Below, one piece after another: positions 25,800 to 34,945 of a DNA stretch of 64,000 nt. Made by a program: the position numbers and the translations under genes. A model generated the notes under the pieces. It searched no databases. It worked only from the letters and a program-made list of their open reading frames with translations, and was not told where the DNA came from. Origin of the DNA: a virus (Duplodnaviria; Caudoviricetes); IMG/VR virus record IMGVR_UViG_2767802758_000001, positions 1 through 64,000 of that record. One strand, written 5' to 3'. Each line of letters starts with the position of its first letter. Position 1 is the stretch's first letter.

Positions 25800-26691
25800 T
25801 CTGCGCGACCCGACTGGCGTAGATATGCTGGAACGACGCGCAATGCGTGACTTCAATGTGCGCATCAAGAAGGTAGCCCAGGCTTACCGTGCAGCGCTAG
25901 ACGAGATACCTGTAGAGCCAGTGGTTAACCGGCGCTACCAGTTCCGACTCGACACGTATTTGCTGCGCACCTTGCTGGCCAGGCTGGATGCCATCGTTGC
26001 TGAGATCCTACTGGAAGGGGGCGATGAGAATATCTGGCTCTTTGACCGGTACGTGGAAGTAGCCGCTACACGCGGCACGGCCCAGGTGTTTGCCAATCTG
26101 TCTCAGCAGTCCGCAGCGTACAGGGGCGGGCGCATCTCATTGCAGGAGATTTTGCGCAGTGAGCCACATCGCCGCCGCATGGCTTTACTCAGCGCTCGGG
26201 TAGCGGAAGAAATGAAGGGCGTTGTCGGCGATGTGAAGTCGAACATGACTCGGGTGTTGACTGAGGGGATAGGGCGCGGCCTGAATCCCCGAGAGGTAGC
26301 GAAGAACCTGACCACCCAGGCCGGTATCGAGACACGGCGGGCGCATCGGGTTGCACGCACTGAAATCACCACAGCGCTCAGGCGTGCCAAGTGGGACGAG
26401 GCCAGCGATGCCGAGCAGGACTACGGCCTGCAGACCAAAGAGCTGCATCTGTCTGCCCTGAGCCCCACAACGCGAGCCACCCATGCTGCCCGGCACGGAA
26501 AGCTATTCACGCGGGACCAGGTGCAGGACTGGTGGGCAGAGCCAGGGCAAGCAATTAACTGCAAGTGCACGACGGTGAGCGTGATGGTCGATGACGATGG
26601 CCAGCCTGTGGTGCCGTCAATCATCCAGCGTGCGAAGCAAGCAAAAACCAATATGGAGAAACGAGGCTATGCCTGGTCAGACACAGAATAG
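25738..26691 (+). CDS. Head morphogenesis protein (SPP1 gp7/Mu F-like)
   Basis: RVARTEI...TRATHAARHG...INCKC. Confidence 0.88.
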   Translation: MKATIRTRMTAKPKPAILPRDLRDPTGVDMLERRAMRDFNVRIKKVAQAYRAALDEIPVEPVVNRRYQFRLDTYLLRTLLARLDAIVAEILLEGGDENIWLFDRYVEVAATRGTAQVFANLSQQSAAYRGGRISLQEILRSEPHRRRMALLSARVAEEMKGVVGDVKSNMTRVLTEGIGRGLNPREVAKNLTTQAGIETRRAHRVARTEITTALRRAKWDEASDAEQDYGLQTKELHLSALSPTTRATHAARHGKLFTRDQVQDWWAEPGQAINCKCTTVSVMVDDDGQPVVPSIIQRAKQAKTNMEKRGYAWSDTE

Positions 26692-28063
26692 CGGGACCAG
26701 CCGTAAACGAAAGTTCGTTTTGGCTGTTAATAGCGGGCTTGTGGCTGTTGCGGCTGCTAGCGGCGTCAAGGCTGTGCCTATTCAGGTCAATGTCACGACG
26801 CAAGTAAATAGCCAGCAGATTCGCAAGGTGATCCATAACGGGCGCGAGCACTGGGTTCTGCCCAGCTACACGCTGCCTGCCAACGTGGTTATGAACGGCG
26901 GCTTGTACCCGGCCAGTGAGATTGATGCCCACTATCAGGGCCTGGAAGGAACGCTGGCACCGTTGGGCCATCCTCAGGTAGATGGTCAGTTCGTGTCGGC
27001 GTTCAGCCCCGAGGGCATCAACGTGGGCCATGTGGGCGCGTTCAACCGCAATGTGAAGAAATCCGGCAACCGTGTCTATCTTGAGAAGTGGGTGGACGTA
27101 GAGGTTGCGCAGCGCACCGAGGAAGGCCGAGCTTTGCTTGAGCGCGTGGAAGCCCTGGAGCGCGGCGATGATGTGCCGCCAATCCACACCAGCGTGGCAG
27201 TGTTTCTTGATCGCCTGGAAGCGAACGAAGAGCAGAAAGCGGCCGGCGCGGAGTGGGTTGCCAAGATCAAGAGCATGGACCACGACGCCATCCTCATGGA
27301 TGAGGTGGGGGCGGCTACGCCAGAGCAGGGCGTTGGCCTCATGGTCAATGCTGACCAGGCCAAGCCCTTGCAGGCCAATTCTGGCGCGTTGGTGGGCGAG
27401 TCCTTCCGGGAGCGCGAGCAACGTCTGGACCGAGCAGCCAAAGAGCGCTTCGCTCAAGGCGCTGATGAATATGCCTGGGTGGCCGACTTCACGGACAGCC
27501 AAGCCATCATCGTGCGAAACGGCGGAGCCGCTGAGGTTTACGGATACAAGACCGAGGCCGGGAAGATCGTCTTTGACGACACCGGCGCGGCTGTCGTGCG
27601 CCAAGAGTCCTGGGTGGCAGTGGTTGCCAACAGCATCAAGAAAGGCGCACAGAAGATTTTTACCCCGCAGGCCCGGCCTGCAGTCAACAACAAGGAGGGC
27701 GAAATGCCTCTGACTCCCGAAGAAAAGGCCGAGCTGACCAGCGATATCAGTAAAGCCGTAACTGCCAATATTGGCCAAGCCGTGGCCGACGCCATCAAGC
27801 CGGTCTCCGATGCCGTGACGGCACTGCAGGCCAATCATCAAGCGTTGTCCGACACGCTGACCGCAAACGCCAAGGCCGAAGAAGCCGACAAGCGTAAGGC
27901 CGTGGCTGCCGTGCATGGCGATATTGTGGCCAATGCGCTGTCCGGTGAGGCCCTGGATGCCATGCACAAGTCCCTGGGCACCGCTGCACCGCTGGGTGCC
28001 GGTCATATCGAAACCAACGGCAACGCACTGACCGCTGATGTCACTGCGCTGCCCAAGGAGTAA
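26669..28063 (+). CDS. Prohead protease/scaffold (start may be GTG 26774)
   Basis: NGGLYP..EI...LGHP...DHDAIL; Ala-rich scaffold-like C-terminus; precedes decoration and capsid genes. Confidence 0.75.
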   Translation: MPGQTQNSGTSRKRKFVLAVNSGLVAVAAASGVKAVPIQVNVTTQVNSQQIRKVIHNGREHWVLPSYTLPANVVMNGGLYPASEIDAHYQGLEGTLAPLGHPQVDGQFVSAFSPEGINVGHVGAFNRNVKKSGNRVYLEKWVDVEVAQRTEEGRALLERVEALERGDDVPPIHTSVAVFLDRLEANEEQKAAGAEWVAKIKSMDHDAILMDEVGAATPEQGVGLMVNADQAKPLQANSGALVGESFREREQRLDRAAKERFAQGADEYAWVADFTDSQAIIVRNGGAAEVYGYKTEAGKIVFDDTGAAVVRQESWVAVVANSIKKGAQKIFTPQARPAVNNKEGEMPLTPEEKAELTSDISKAVTANIGQAVADAIKPVSDAVTALQANHQALSDTLTANAKAEEADKRKAVAAVHGDIVANALSGEALDAMHKSLGTAAPLGAGHIETNGNALTADVTALPKE

Positions 28064-28066
28064 GAC

Positions 28067-28510
28067 ATGAGCCGATACCGCCGTGTGAATATCGATGGCA
28101 AGTCCATCACTGAAACCCGTGTGGCCGCCGCTGCGCTGCTGCCTGGCACGTTCGCCGTCATTGACGCCAATGACAAGTTCGCCCAGGCCGCTGCTGCGGT
28201 CGGTCGCGTTTACGTCGTCAACTGCGCCTATCACCAAGGTCTGAGCATCCGCGATGCGGTCCCAGCTGGTGATTCCGCCGTCGGCGATTACGTCGAAGAA
28301 GGACGTGAGCTGGCCGTCCTGTGTCCTGCTGGTGCGTACAAAAAGGATTCGCCCATCAAGATCGGTGCGAATGGACAAGGCGCTTTGGCTACCGACGACA
28401 CCGACACTGTGATTGGCTACAGCCAAGACGAGGTGACGCTGACCGCCGCTGACTTCATCCGCGTGCGCATGCGTGTCGGCACTGTGGCTGCTGCGACCAC
28501 TGAGCCCTAA
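28067..28510 (+). CDS. Head decoration protein
   Basis: 147 aa between scaffold and capsid genes. Confidence 0.65.
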   Translation: MSRYRRVNIDGKSITETRVAAAALLPGTFAVIDANDKFAQAAAAVGRVYVVNCAYHQGLSIRDAVPAGDSAVGDYVEEGRELAVLCPAGAYKKDSPIKIGANGQGALATDDTDTVIGYSQDEVTLTAADFIRVRMRVGTVAAATTEP

Positions 28511-28522
28511 CAGGAGAAACAC

Positions 28523-29614
28523 ATGTTTTTTACCCAATCGGCTATTGCCGCGCACCCTCGATTGATGGGGCACCTCCAGGCGTTGCAAGCCAATCGCAAC
28601 ATCTGGAACAACCAGGATGCGGCCTTGCTGGCAGCAAACCGTGCCGTGATGACGCCGGAAATGCTGCAGGCCAACGCGCTTGCAGGTCTGGGCCGCGAGT
28701 TCTGGCAGGAGGTCGATCGCCAGATCGTGCAGTACCGCGATCAAGAAACTGGCATGGAGATCGTCAATGACCTACTGGCCGTGCAGACGGTGCTGGATAT
28801 TGGTAAGACGGTGAAGTCGTACAACATCGCTGGCGATATCGCTGACGATGTGTCGATCAGCATTGACGGCCAGGCGCCGTACTCGTTCGATCACACCGAA
28901 TACGACAACGACGGCGACCCGGTGCCAATCTTCACGGCAGGTTACGGCGTGAACTGGCGCCATGATGCTGGCCTGCGTACCGTTGGCATCGACCTAGTGC
29001 TGGATTCCCAAGCCGCCAAATTGCGTAAGTTCTACAAGAGCATTGTCAGCTATGTGCTGAGCGGCTCCGAGCGAATCCGCGTTGACGGCAAGCCCGGTCA
29101 GGGCCTGAAGAACCACCGCAACACCATCAAGCTGAACCTGGGCAGCGGTGCCGGTGGCGCGAATATCGACCTGACTACGGCTACGCCGCAGCAGATCATC
29201 GAGTTCTTCACCAAGGGCGCATTTGCTCAAGCAGCGCGCAACAACAAGGTCGAGGCCTACGATGTGTTGTGGGTATCGCCCGAGATCTGGGGCAACCTGT
29301 CTCAGCCGTACCTGATTCAGCTGGGTACTGGTGGCGGTACTGTTGCTGGCTCCGTGCTGGATGCAGTCAAGAGCTTCATCCCAGCTCGGTCTATCCGCCA
29401 GACGTTTGCTCTGAAAGGCAACGAGCTCATTGCTTACCAGCGCCGCCAAGATGTGGTTTCCCCTCTGGTCGGCATGGCAGTTGGCACAGTGCCGCTGCTG
29501 CGTCTGCGCCCGCAGGACAACCACAACTTCCAGATCATGTCGGCCATGGGCTTGCAGATCAAGCGTGACGGCGACGGCAAGTCCGGCGTGCTGTACGGCG
29601 CAGACCTGAGCTAA
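28523..29614 (+). CDS. Major capsid protein
   Basis: 363 aa, high-expression codon usage, position, strong RBS. Confidence 0.85.
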   Translation: MFFTQSAIAAHPRLMGHLQALQANRNIWNNQDAALLAANRAVMTPEMLQANALAGLGREFWQEVDRQIVQYRDQETGMEIVNDLLAVQTVLDIGKTVKSYNIAGDIADDVSISIDGQAPYSFDHTEYDNDGDPVPIFTAGYGVNWRHDAGLRTVGIDLVLDSQAAKLRKFYKSIVSYVLSGSERIRVDGKPGQGLKNHRNTIKLNLGSGAGGANIDLTTATPQQIIEFFTKGAFAQAARNNKVEAYDVLWVSPEIWGNLSQPYLIQLGTGGGTVAGSVLDAVKSFIPARSIRQTFALKGNELIAYQRRQDVVSPLVGMAVGTVPLLRLRPQDNHNFQIMSAMGLQIKRDGDGKSGVLYGADLS

Positions 29615-29624
29615 GGAGGCTGGA

Positions 29625-29993
29625 ATGGCGAAATATCAAGTCGTTCGTGCTTGGCACGGGGTAGCCGTTGGCCAGGTAGTGGAGATGGAGAAAGTGCATC
29701 CATCTCTCAAGGCCAACGTCATCCCGTTGACTCAAGCTGCTCCTGTCTCCGACGAGGCCGGTGATCTACTGAAACAGGCCAAGGCGGAAATTGATGCGAT
29801 GCGCGAACGCGCCCAAGCCGAGCTGGCGCAACGCGTGGAAGAAGCCAAGCAGGAGACTCAGGCCGAGGCGGACCGCATTATCAGTGAAGCAACAGCCGAA
29901 GCTGAGCGTATCAAGCAAGACGCACAGCAGAAGGCCGGGGAGCTGACGCCAGCAACGCCAGATGCGGGCAGTAAGCAGACGAAAGCCAAGTAA
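29625..29993 (+). CDS. Head-associated hypothetical protein
   Basis: MAKYQVVRAWHGV...HPSLKANV followed by an Ala/Glu coil. Confidence 0.7.
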   Translation: MAKYQVVRAWHGVAVGQVVEMEKVHPSLKANVIPLTQAAPVSDEAGDLLKQAKAEIDAMRERAQAELAQRVEEAKQETQAEADRIISEATAEAERIKQDAQQKAGELTPATPDAGSKQTKAK

Positions 29994-30112
29994 CCGCCAT
30001 CCAGGCGGTTTTTATTGCCCGCTGGCTTTTTTGCTGGCGGGCAGTTAGTTAGAGTGCGCAGCCAATAAGGGGTAGTATGCATTTTCAATACTAAACCTTA
30101 GGGGAGGTCCAC

Positions 30113-30604
30113 ATGAGTGCAGTAGAAAATCAAAAAACGGCTGTTTTGAGTGGCTGCAATTTATATCGTTACGAACTTATTCGAGGCGATCTATCAGATC
30201 CTCTAGTTTTTATCATGCTTAACCCAAGCACAGCAGATGCTGATGTAGACGACGATACTATCGAGTCATGTTTGCGTTTCGTTAAGGCGAATGGCAAGAC
30301 GGGTCTAGTCGTTTATAACTTGTACGCGCTTCGCAGTACGAGCCCTAAGGGCTTGTGGACCAGCGAAGACCCTGTCGGTGTGGAGAATGATAAACATCTT
30401 AGCGAGGCTGCTAAGAATTATAAAAATATCGTTTGCGCTTGGGGCGTTAATGCACGAGATGATAGGGTCCAAGAAGTGGTGAGTCTTCTGAAGTCTAATG
30501 GTGCAAATTTACTTTGCATTGGGAAAAATAAGCATGGATCGCCCATGCATCCTCTTTACAAGAAAGCAAAGCCGCTGGAAATGGCATGGGATGTAGATTC
30601 GTAA
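30113..30604 (+). CDS. DUF1643-family protein (moron)
   Basis: YRYEL...FIMLNPSTADA..DDDT...NLYA...AWG...HPLY; low GC; flanking terminators. Confidence 0.88.
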   Translation: MSAVENQKTAVLSGCNLYRYELIRGDLSDPLVFIMLNPSTADADVDDDTIESCLRFVKANGKTGLVVYNLYALRSTSPKGLWTSEDPVGVENDKHLSEAAKNYKNIVCAWGVNARDDRVQEVVSLLKSNGANLLCIGKNKHGSPMHPLYKKAKPLEMAWDVDS

Positions 30605-30651
30605 ATAAGAAACTATGAAACAAACAGAACCGCCGATAGGCGGTTTTTTTA

Positions 30652-31065
30652 ATGAGGCATCCAATGCTGAGCGAAGATCAGGCTAGGCAATACCTAAAAA
30701 CACAGGGCGTCAACAATGTGCCTGATTTCATCTTGGCCGCCTGGATTGAACTGGTAAACAGCGTTCAAGGGTGCCTGGACGAGCATTACACGCCAGCGGT
30801 AGCGCTGCTGATCCAGTCCTATCTGTTGGCCCTCATGGCTTACGGGCAGGGTGATAAGTACATCAGCAGCCAAACTGCACCGAGCGGTGCGTCCCGCTCC
30901 TTCCGATACCAAGGTTTTGCCGATCGGTGGCGCGGGATGCTTGGGTTACTGCGTGGCCTGGACAAGCATGGGTGCGCCACAGGACTGATTCCTCCTGACC
31001 CGACAGTCCAGGCCCATGGCGGCTTGTGGATCGCCAAAGGGAATTGCTATTCCGGGGGGCGCTAA
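30652..31065 (+). CDS. Head-tail adaptor
   Basis: Position; YISSQTAPSGASRSF. Confidence 0.75.
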   Translation: MRHPMLSEDQARQYLKTQGVNNVPDFILAAWIELVNSVQGCLDEHYTPAVALLIQSYLLALMAYGQGDKYISSQTAPSGASRSFRYQGFADRWRGMLGLLRGLDKHGCATGLIPPDPTVQAHGGLWIAKGNCYSGGR

Positions 31066-31382
31066 TGAGCGAAACAGCCAATTGGAGCTACACCAACACC
31101 GCCACTGTCAAGCCATATGTAGGAATGGATGACTGGGGTGGAAGCGTTTTTGGCGAACCGTTCGAGATCGCCTGCACCTGGGCGGCCAAATCGGAACAAA
31201 TGCGTGATTCGTTGGGCGCGGAGTTTGTTACGCGCAATCAGATTTACACCGAGGATCACCGACCCCGTTACTTGGATCTGATCTTGCTCAATGGCTCAAC
31301 TGACTGGCAGGAAATCCGGGCCGTGACCGGCTGGGATATGTCCTTCTTCGATGAAGAGCCTGACTTTCTACTGGTGACCTGA
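31065..31382 (+). CDS. Head closure protein
   Basis: Position; MSETANWSYT.TAT. Confidence 0.7.
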   Translation: MSETANWSYTNTATVKPYVGMDDWGGSVFGEPFEIACTWAAKSEQMRDSLGAEFVTRNQIYTEDHRPRYLDLILLNGSTDWQEIRAVTGWDMSFFDEEPDFLLVT

Positions 31383-31801
31383 TGGCGGTCCGAGGAATCA
31401 AGCAGGTTAAGAACAACATGCGCAAGCTCCAGGCCGAGATCCAAGGGCGCAGGACAGAGGCTGCCGTGTACGCGGTCCTGTCCCAAGGGGGCGCGGCTGC
31501 CGCCACGATGACGCCGGTGGATACCAGCACGTTGATCAACAGTCATTTCGTGGAAATCAAAGCTGACGGCGACAAGGTGACAGGCCGAAACGGCTACAGC
31601 GCCGAGTATGCCGCTGCTGTTCATTCTGCGCCTGGTGTGCTCAAAGGCCAAGACCGGCCCGACCGAGAAGGGAAAAGCCAGGGCCAGTACTGGGACCCGA
31701 ATGGCGAACCTCACTTCTTGACGGCGGGCTTCGACCAGATCGCCGCAGACGTGCCGCGCATTTTAAGGAACGCATACCGTGCTTTTGATCGACGTTCGTA
31801 A
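31382..31801 (+). CDS. HK97 gp10-like tail completion protein
   Basis: TPVDTSTLINS...YSAEYAAAVH. Confidence 0.75.
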   Translation: MAVRGIKQVKNNMRKLQAEIQGRRTEAAVYAVLSQGGAAAATMTPVDTSTLINSHFVEIKADGDKVTGRNGYSAEYAAAVHSAPGVLKGQDRPDREGKSQGQYWDPNGEPHFLTAGFDQIAADVPRILRNAYRAFDRRS

Positions 31802-32153
31802 CTGGGTGGTAGCGGCTCTGCCGGCAGATTACTTGGCGATGTTCTCCTGGGTGGAGTCATCCAGGCCCGAGGATGCCGCCAGCCGCTACTGCATCGTCCA
31901 GCAAACAGGCGGAGCTGGGCCCGTCGTTGAAACCCGCTATCCACGCTTTCGTGTGGTGGTCCTGGGTAAGCGCAATGAGCGTAGCGATGCCCAGAAGATC
32001 ATGGAAGACATCGATGCACTGCTTCAGACGGCTATGGGCGATGCCGTGCCATGCGGTGCCGCCAGTATCCGAGCAATTACCGAGCCAGTCGGCCCGGGGT
32101 TCACCACAGAAAACCGGGCTTGGGCTCAGGTTGATTTTGAGATCATTATTTAG
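31779..32153 (+). CDS. Tail terminator
   Basis: Position immediately before the major tail gene. Confidence 0.7.
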   Translation: MLLIDVRNWVVAALPADYLAMFSWVESSRPEDAASRYCIVQQTGGAGPVVETRYPRFRVVVLGKRNERSDAQKIMEDIDALLQTAMGDAVPCGAASIRAITEPVGPGFTTENRAWAQVDFEIII

Positions 32154-32162
32154 GAGGGCCAG

Positions 32163-32906
32163 ATGGCTACCTGCAAGAATCAGAAATTTGTCGGCCGCAC
32201 GGCTATTTTGGAATATGCCATTGGTTGTGGCGACCAGATGCCCGCAGCGGCAGACTGGAAGCGCCTGGGTGCCATGCGCGCCAAAGAGCTGACTATCGAA
32301 TGGGAAACCACCGATGCGACGGCGGATGACTCCATTGGCGCGCTGCGCGAGAACCTGGCCACGTTCCAGACTTTGAGCGTATCTGGCGACGGTGTACTGA
32401 AAGTGTCTGGCACTGGCGCTGCTGCGTTGATCGCGCTGACCAAGCACGTCATCAAGCCAGAGGCGACTGGCGGCGAGCCAGTGGCTTGGATTCGTCTGAC
32501 GTTCCCTGATCTGACGTTTACCTTCTTTGCCATCGTGACGAATATGTCACGCTCTGCACCATACGACGATGTGGCTACTTACTCGTTTGAAGCCAGCGCT
32601 ACCGCCAGTGACTTTGGCTTGATCGCAGAAGATACGCCAGATCCTGATGCTCCAGCCGTGGACACGGTGGCAGTTACTCCGGCTACCGCCAGTATTGCCG
32701 AAGGCGCTACTCGTCAGTTGGCCGCTGCGATCACGCCCACCGGCGCGGCCCAAGGTGTAATTTGGTCGTCCTCGGATACTGAGACAGCAACCGTCTCCCA
32801 GGCAGGACTGGTCACTGCCGTTGCAGCCGGTACCGCCACTATCACAGCAACCAGCACGGCAGACTCGGCTAAGAAGGGAGAGTGCGCCGTTACGGTGACC
32901 GCATGA
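32163..32906 (+). CDS. Major tail tube protein with C-terminal Ig-like (Big_2) domain
   Basis: VTP.TASIAEG.T.QL...WSSSD...ATVSQ.GLVTAVA.GTATIT. Confidence 0.9.
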   Translation: MATCKNQKFVGRTAILEYAIGCGDQMPAAADWKRLGAMRAKELTIEWETTDATADDSIGALRENLATFQTLSVSGDGVLKVSGTGAAALIALTKHVIKPEATGGEPVAWIRLTFPDLTFTFFAIVTNMSRSAPYDDVATYSFEASATASDFGLIAEDTPDPDAPAVDTVAVTPATASIAEGATRQLAAAITPTGAAQGVIWSSSDTETATVSQAGLVTAVAAGTATITATSTADSAKKGECAVTVTA

Positions 32907-33499
32907 TGATCCTTACGGATGTCGGTGAGGTCGGCGTCCACGTAGGCGAGCGGGTGCATATCCTGCGCCCGTCGCTCTACGCGATGTCACAACTCGGTGA
33001 GCCACGGGAGATTGTGGAGTTGTTTGCCGCAGTGATGGGCGAGGCCCCAAGTTTGGTGGATGCGCTGGCAGTCGTACTGGCCTGCTCGGATGAGGATTTG
33101 TCCGATCTCTTTGGCTGCGTGTTGGCCGAAGGCGAAAAACTGACTTACGAGCCAGGGCATGTCGAGGCAGAGGCCGTTGTGTTGCTTGCCCGCTGCCTGC
33201 TTAAGCATGGCATTACCGGATCGTTGCCCGAATTGCCCCGGCCAGCAGACCAGGAGCCGGAGTACGTGCAGGAGTTCGACGCCCGTGCTCATGTGTCCAT
33301 GGCAATGGCGCATCTTGGGGTTTCTGAACGGGACGCCTGGCAGATGACCATGACCGGCCTAGTAGGGGCGCTGCGCGCCAAGTTCCCACCATCGCAGAAT
33401 GATTCGCCTGGTGCAAAAGCTCCTAGCAAGGCCGAAATGGAAGAGGCGCTGGCTTGGCATGATCGTGTGTTACTTAGGCAGAGCAGTAGGCATAACTAG
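32903..33499 (+). CDS. Tail assembly chaperone (DUF6246-like)
   Basis: Between tube and tape-measure genes; LRPSL.AM..LG.P.EIV. Confidence 0.7.
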   Translation: MMILTDVGEVGVHVGERVHILRPSLYAMSQLGEPREIVELFAAVMGEAPSLVDALAVVLACSDEDLSDLFGCVLAEGEKLTYEPGHVEAEAVVLLARCLLKHGITGSLPELPRPADQEPEYVQEFDARAHVSMAMAHLGVSERDAWQMTMTGLVGALRAKFPPSQNDSPGAKAPSKAEMEEALAWHDRVLLRQSSRHN

Positions 33500-33542
33500 C
33501 TTGTGTCAGGCACAATCATCGACGCCACAGGAGACAGGTCAA

Positions 33543-34142
33543 ATGAAAGATAAAGAATATTTTGATTGGGTTGAAAATGCCGCTGTTGAAAACTTCAAGG
33601 CTAAACACCATTCCGCAGATATCTTGGCCAAAGAAGCGGCGTTAACTTTGACTGTGCTATTGGCCGCCATGGGTGCTGGGACGGCATATGCAATCAAAGC
33701 GATTACGGGGGAATCGCCCGGTTCAATAGAGTATGGGGCTGTGGGGTTTATTGTTTATCTGATGGCGCTATCTTTCTGGCTGGTAGTAGGTTGTATGAAA
33801 ATGCAGCCAATTTATCCGGTATTTAATGAGCCCAAAAACCTACTGAATGACGCATATGACTTTAGTGCTATTCGTAGGTTTGAGCTGGAAAATATGCAGA
33901 TGGGAATCGATGAGGCCAATGCCCGCAACGGGAAAGTTGCCGCCAGACTAAATCGTATACGCCTGGCGGCAATTGCGAGTCCCCTTATTTTTTTACTGGC
34001 GGCTGCGGTGCACTTGGTGGCCGTACAGGAGTCGGAGCCCGGTCTTTCGTCGGTGTCTGAGTATTCGGCGCCGGGGATCGGTAGCCCGGAGTTGGACGAG
34101 GTATGGGGTTGTCTGCCATTGATGCGTTCCTTTGAGTGTTAA
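33543..34142 (+). CDS. Multi-TM accessory protein (Pycsar-effector-like topology)
   Basis: Three hydrophobic helices with an N..K..R motif before the last; low GC. Confidence 0.65.
   Translation: MKDKEYFDWVENAAVENFKAKHHSADILAKEAALTLTVLLAAMGAGTAYAIKAITGESPGSIEYGAVGFIVYLMALSFWLVVGCMKMQPIYPVFNEPKNLLNDAYDFSAIRRFELENMQMGIDEANARNGKVAARLNRIRLAAIASPLIFLLAAAVHLVAVQESEPGLSSVSEYSAPGIGSPELDEVWGCLPLMRSFEC
33985..34119 (-). CDS. Pro-rich 44-aa peptide
   Basis: MADNPIPRPTPGYRSPAPN...PPVKK with AAGGA RBS; antisense to the 3' end of 33543..34142. Confidence 0.5.
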   Translation of the reverse strand: MADNPIPRPTPGYRSPAPNTQTPTKDRAPTPVRPPSAPQPPVKK

Positions 34143-34366
34143 TTAGAGAGTATCGAGGGCAAGTATTTATGCTGAGAACATGAATAATGTTGGCTGCCCA
34201 TTTGTCTGGCATGTATCTACCTATATTTTTAGATAGTATTGCTTTGTAACATGATCTCGAAAAGTATTGGCCTGGTCGGATTCTCGCTATCAAGGCTTAG
34301 CTCCGCCTAGCGTGGGCTTGCTACGTTGGGTAATATCTTCTTATTCATTTAGATTGGAGAGGGGAG

Positions 34367-34891
34367 ATGAAAGTACTAGCAGGAGCCCTATTGCTATCGG
34401 CCACATTTCTTGCTGGCTGTGCCACGACATCAGGTTTAGAGCCTACAGTAAGTAAGAGCGGTTTTGATGGCGCCACTGTTGTGAACATCGTTCCACATGG
34501 GAACACGTGCGCGGAGCACTGTACTCAGATCGGAGCGCAATGGAATTCTCAATCGCCGACTAAGGCCATTCTGACCATTGGCGTGCTGGGTTATACCGGT
34601 TTCAGAAACATTGAAAAGGTTGAGCTGCGGATAGGCAAGGATGTTCGTGTTCTTGAGCCCAATCCAGGCCTCACGCGCCACGTGAAAGAGCAGTACATGA
34701 CTTTCTACGAGTCAAAAAAAGACTACACCGTCAATCTCGACTTGGTTCGCAACATCATTGCTTCTAATGATGTTTGGCTGCGAATTAGCACCAATGATGG
34801 CGTGATAGAAGATGCCATTGTTTCTGGGGCGCAAGATAGTAAGGGTTTTAATGCCTTGAAGCGTTTTATCGCTGAGGTCGATTCTCACTAA
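34367..34891 (+). CDS. Lipoprotein moron
   Basis: Signal peptide with LAGC lipobox; GGAG RBS; downstream terminator. Confidence 0.85.
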   Translation: MKVLAGALLLSATFLAGCATTSGLEPTVSKSGFDGATVVNIVPHGNTCAEHCTQIGAQWNSQSPTKAILTIGVLGYTGFRNIEKVELRIGKDVRVLEPNPGLTRHVKEQYMTFYESKKDYTVNLDLVRNIIASNDVWLRISTNDGVIEDAIVSGAQDSKGFNALKRFIAEVDSH

Positions 34892-34945
34892 TCAACTGTA
34901 TGTTTTATATACCCGCTTCGGCGGGTTTTTTTATGGGCGAAAGAA

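Noticed and set aside
26621-28744. 707-aa minus-strand ORF
   Set aside because: Antisense shadow of the scaffold, decoration and capsid genes; no motifs; expected from high-GC codon bias
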